Of a stretch of 23,537 nt of DNA, positions 20,861-23,537 are shown one piece after another (within the stretch, counting starts at the first letter, position 1; every line of letters starts with the position of its first letter). This DNA is from Catajapyx aquilonaris (taxonomy: Eukaryota): positions 124,001 through 147,537 of the forward strand of contig JYFJ02000353.1 in NCBI GenBank assembly GCA_000934665.2. The letters run 5' to 3'. The translations under genes and the position numbers were made by a program. Under the pieces are notes generated by a model, which was given only the letters and a program-made list of their open reading frames with translations, had not been told where the DNA came from and made no database searches.

Positions 20861-22748
20861 ACAGAGGACAAAAGCAGAGTCAGATTTCTGGTCATCTTAT
20901 TTTGATTTATTCCAAGCCCCCTACAGTACCTCATAATTATGTGCACATGTATGATGGCCTTGACAAGAAGAGATGATTGGGACTTGATAACACGTCAGGC
21001 AAGAGCAAAAACTTATTTGGGCAAGGACAACAATGACAGCATTACAGAGCCATCCATTATTTCGCCTCTTCTCTGGATAGTTTATAAAAATGAAATGGTG
21101 CCCTCCAGTCAGAGGTCTTGTAACCCGTTCATGAGTATCTGCAGAGATCATCGAAATGGACAAGTTTCTTCTGGACAGTGATGGAGATGGATTTCTCACG
21201 TCAACCTGATGGAAAACTACGAGTAATTTCATACATTTCTACACTCTGCTAAGCTTGCTCCAGAGGGCGCGATAGTTTTTACCTACCCTGAGGTCACTCT
21301 TATCAAGTCAGTTCATGGCATGTAAACCAGAGACAAATATATGATCAACTTCGAATTTAAAACCCTAAATTAGAGGGTTGTAAAGGGAATTTCTCAATTG
21401 GTATGGCCATAACAGCTAGCCAGCTACAATCTATAGTTATTAGAACAACACTGTACAGTATTGTGAAATTCTTCTCAAAAGAATATTATAAGGGCGGTTA
21501 TTGAGGTGAAGTGGTTTGAAGTAGTTTCGTGTTGTTTAGGCCTCGAGACAGCGTTGTCCTAGTTGTCGGCCATTTGTTCAATCAGCTGTACAAATTGTCG
21601 TCTAATCACACGCAATCACGAGCAGGCAGGCTTCCTTAACAGAAAACTATCGCACGTAATGACAAGTAATGAGGCGTACTCCTTGATAATTAGGGTGAAT
21701 GATTATAAATATTGCTCATGCTGTGAGTCGATGTATAATATTATTTAATCGCAACTATCTTTATGCAACTGATTGTCACAATTACGAGCTTATCAGGTAG
21801 TGAAGCTTTATCAAAAGAGATACTTCGTACGTTATTTTTTTCATTATGTAACACTGATTTGACATGTGTCGGGCCTCTTTGAAATTACACACTATAGGGC
21901 CCTATAGGAAAACTGCTGAATCAGTAACATTTTTGTGACAATCTTAACAGTTACCATTAGTTCTCCCGCCAAGCTTGATAGCTCCTTATAGTATTAATTG
22001 TTACTGTTTCAACAAAAGCTATCTATCACCCTAAAGCAGAAGTTAATGTTAATAATTAATTGTAGAGTCTTTGGAAGCTTCTGCAGCTTCAGGCAAGGTA
22101 ACACTTTCGAGATGAAGGCAGCTGTGATTAAAATCTGCAAAGACCTGTGCAACACCTGTAAGAACCAAGAAGTGGATGGCCTTCTGAGGCCATTGACTTC
22201 AATGCAAGTTACATCAAAGTGCACTGTTCATGGTCCATACTCCATAATCTTGACTGGTATAAGCCTGTTCTGTCTCCTCAACAGAACTCATATTGAATGT
22301 GATTATTATATCATCTGTTGCTGAACCATAACTTATATTTTTGGAAACACCTGACATGGGTACACACCTCACCTCTGGCTTTTTCGAACGATCTTCGCTT
22401 TAAAAAAATTGCTCCTGCATTTATCGTCATAATTACAAGCAAATCAACTAATACTACTTACGGTACATCTTGAGATAGTTACTATTGCAGCATTTTAGTG
22501 AAAAGGTCAAAATGACACGAGTTTTTTTGTCGTAATCTTAAGATAGTATTGTTGTCACTTTTCCAGAATCATACTTCCTGATTAGATACAAGTGCTCGAG
22601 TAGACAAGTACATACAATTGCTTTTTAATGCGTCGTGGGAAATGTCAAGTAAAGAATAGTGATAGTATCTTACAACATCTACAGAGATTTTCCATGCTAA
22701 AATTACACAAATCCCTCGCTGGTAAAATGAATGACTGATTAACCCGGA

Positions 22749-22770
22749 TTAACCCCTTCGCTACCAGATA
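22749..22770. mobile_element. Possible terminus of a piggyBac-like (TTAA-flanked) non-autonomous element
   Basis: TTAA immediately followed by CCCCTTCGCTACCAG, the TTAA|CCC(C)TT pattern of piggyBac-type ends. I did not find the matching opposite end in the window. Confidence 0.4.
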
Positions 22771-22973
22771 GGCCCGAACCACGCATAGATTTTGGATTAC
22801 GTATACTCCGAAGATACGGACAAGGTATTTTACAAATAATAACAGCTATATACTTATCACGTTCAGTGAAAACCCTATGAATGTGTCTGGAACTATTTTA
22901 CTCGTCTAGAAGTCCCTCCAAAAAAAATTAAGGCTAAGAAAACTGGAAATCCGAGTACTGCCGAACAACTGTT

Positions 22974-23144
22974 ACGAATTTGCTGAACTTGTCGTACTTT
23001 GCGAGATATAAATTAATACTAATTTGCGGCTTTCTGGTACTTCGGAAAACTCGCAAATTTATTTGCTATTTTCCGAAGTACCAGAAAGCCGCAAATGAGT
23101 ATTAATTTATTTCTCGCAAAGTACGACGAGTTCAGCAAATTCGT
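22974..23144. repeat. 171-bp near-perfect palindrome (inverted repeat)
   Basis: Arms 22974-23049 and 23069-23144 are 76 bp each and reverse-complementary with 3 mismatches. The 19-nt spacer contains a further gcaaat/atttgc pair. Confidence 0.95.
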
Positions 23145-23537
23145 CTGGCATGGTTCTCAAGGTTGTTATTCCGCATATGATCACGCATTCCATAATTAAA
23201 TCAGCCTAACAGTTGGTCGGCAATACTCGGATTGTTTTTTTTTTCTTAAAACAGGCTAGAACACTTAACAAATGTCCCAAATAGTATATCATTTGTGACC
23301 TTTGCCGCTCTGGTAGTGACATAAAGTGATATTTTGCGTCACAATTAATCACTGAAATCATACAAAAGAAGAGTGTAGTGTGTTTGGACTCATGGTATTG
23401 CAATGATGTGTTTATATGTTTAGATTGTTTTGTTATTTTCAATTTTTATCTAGCTCTCCTGGGCAGTGGCGGACAAAGTGGATTTCAGAGGTGCAGCAAA
23501 CGCCGCAGAAAAGGACCCCACCCCCTATGACCCCCCC

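Noticed and set aside
20921..21232. ORFs 20921..21232 (-) and 20939..21181 (+) as a neighbouring gene
   Set aside because: No recognisable homology and no linked exons. An acceptor-like site exists on the minus strand but nothing else supports it.
21998..22350. Cys-containing + ORF 21998..22324 and a possible minus-strand terminal exon 22350-22214 (VSKNISYGSATDD...NSAL*)
   Set aside because: Short, weak splice context and no family recognised. It cannot be supported without transcript or homology data.
23464..23537. CAGTGGCGGA...C-rich sequence resembling the end of a hAT-like MITE
   Set aside because: Truncated by the window edge; no partner TIR or TSD is visible.
1..23537. Prokaryotic-type system (CRISPR array, operon, defence island) or structural RNA genes
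   Set aside because: The window is a spliceosomal-intron eukaryotic locus. I recognised no regularly spaced direct repeats, tRNA or rRNA.

Overview
Eukaryotic genomic DNA, most likely arthropod and probably insect. Most of the window is the 3' part of one + strand, intron-rich gene. I traced 17 coding exons by hand from 457 to the TGA at 19314-19316. All have GT-AG introns with consistent phases and give about 1053 aa in the window; the 5' exons lie upstream. The protein is the arthropod SRCIN1 (p140Cap)/KIAA1217 (sickle tail) family coiled-coil adaptor, like Drosophila CG32809 and Anopheles AGAP005037. Supporting motifs are YEDPY, RVEHMERQLASLTGLVQKAL, a long central coiled coil, a Pro/Ser-rich tail, a Gln-rich C-terminal coiled coil and the terminal KIYETDIL. 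Intron 4 holds an 831-bp non-autonomous DNA transposon with CACTA termini, long TIRs and a TAG target-site duplication. The 6-kb intron 14 has signs of further alternative exons and splicing control elements. After a 3' UTR of about 1.5 kb there is a piggyBac-like terminus and a 171-bp near-perfect palindrome. I see no new multi-gene system. The most interesting points are the splicing architecture, a paxillin-type LD motif and the inverted-repeat elements. Family assignments come from recalled motifs, not from a database search.
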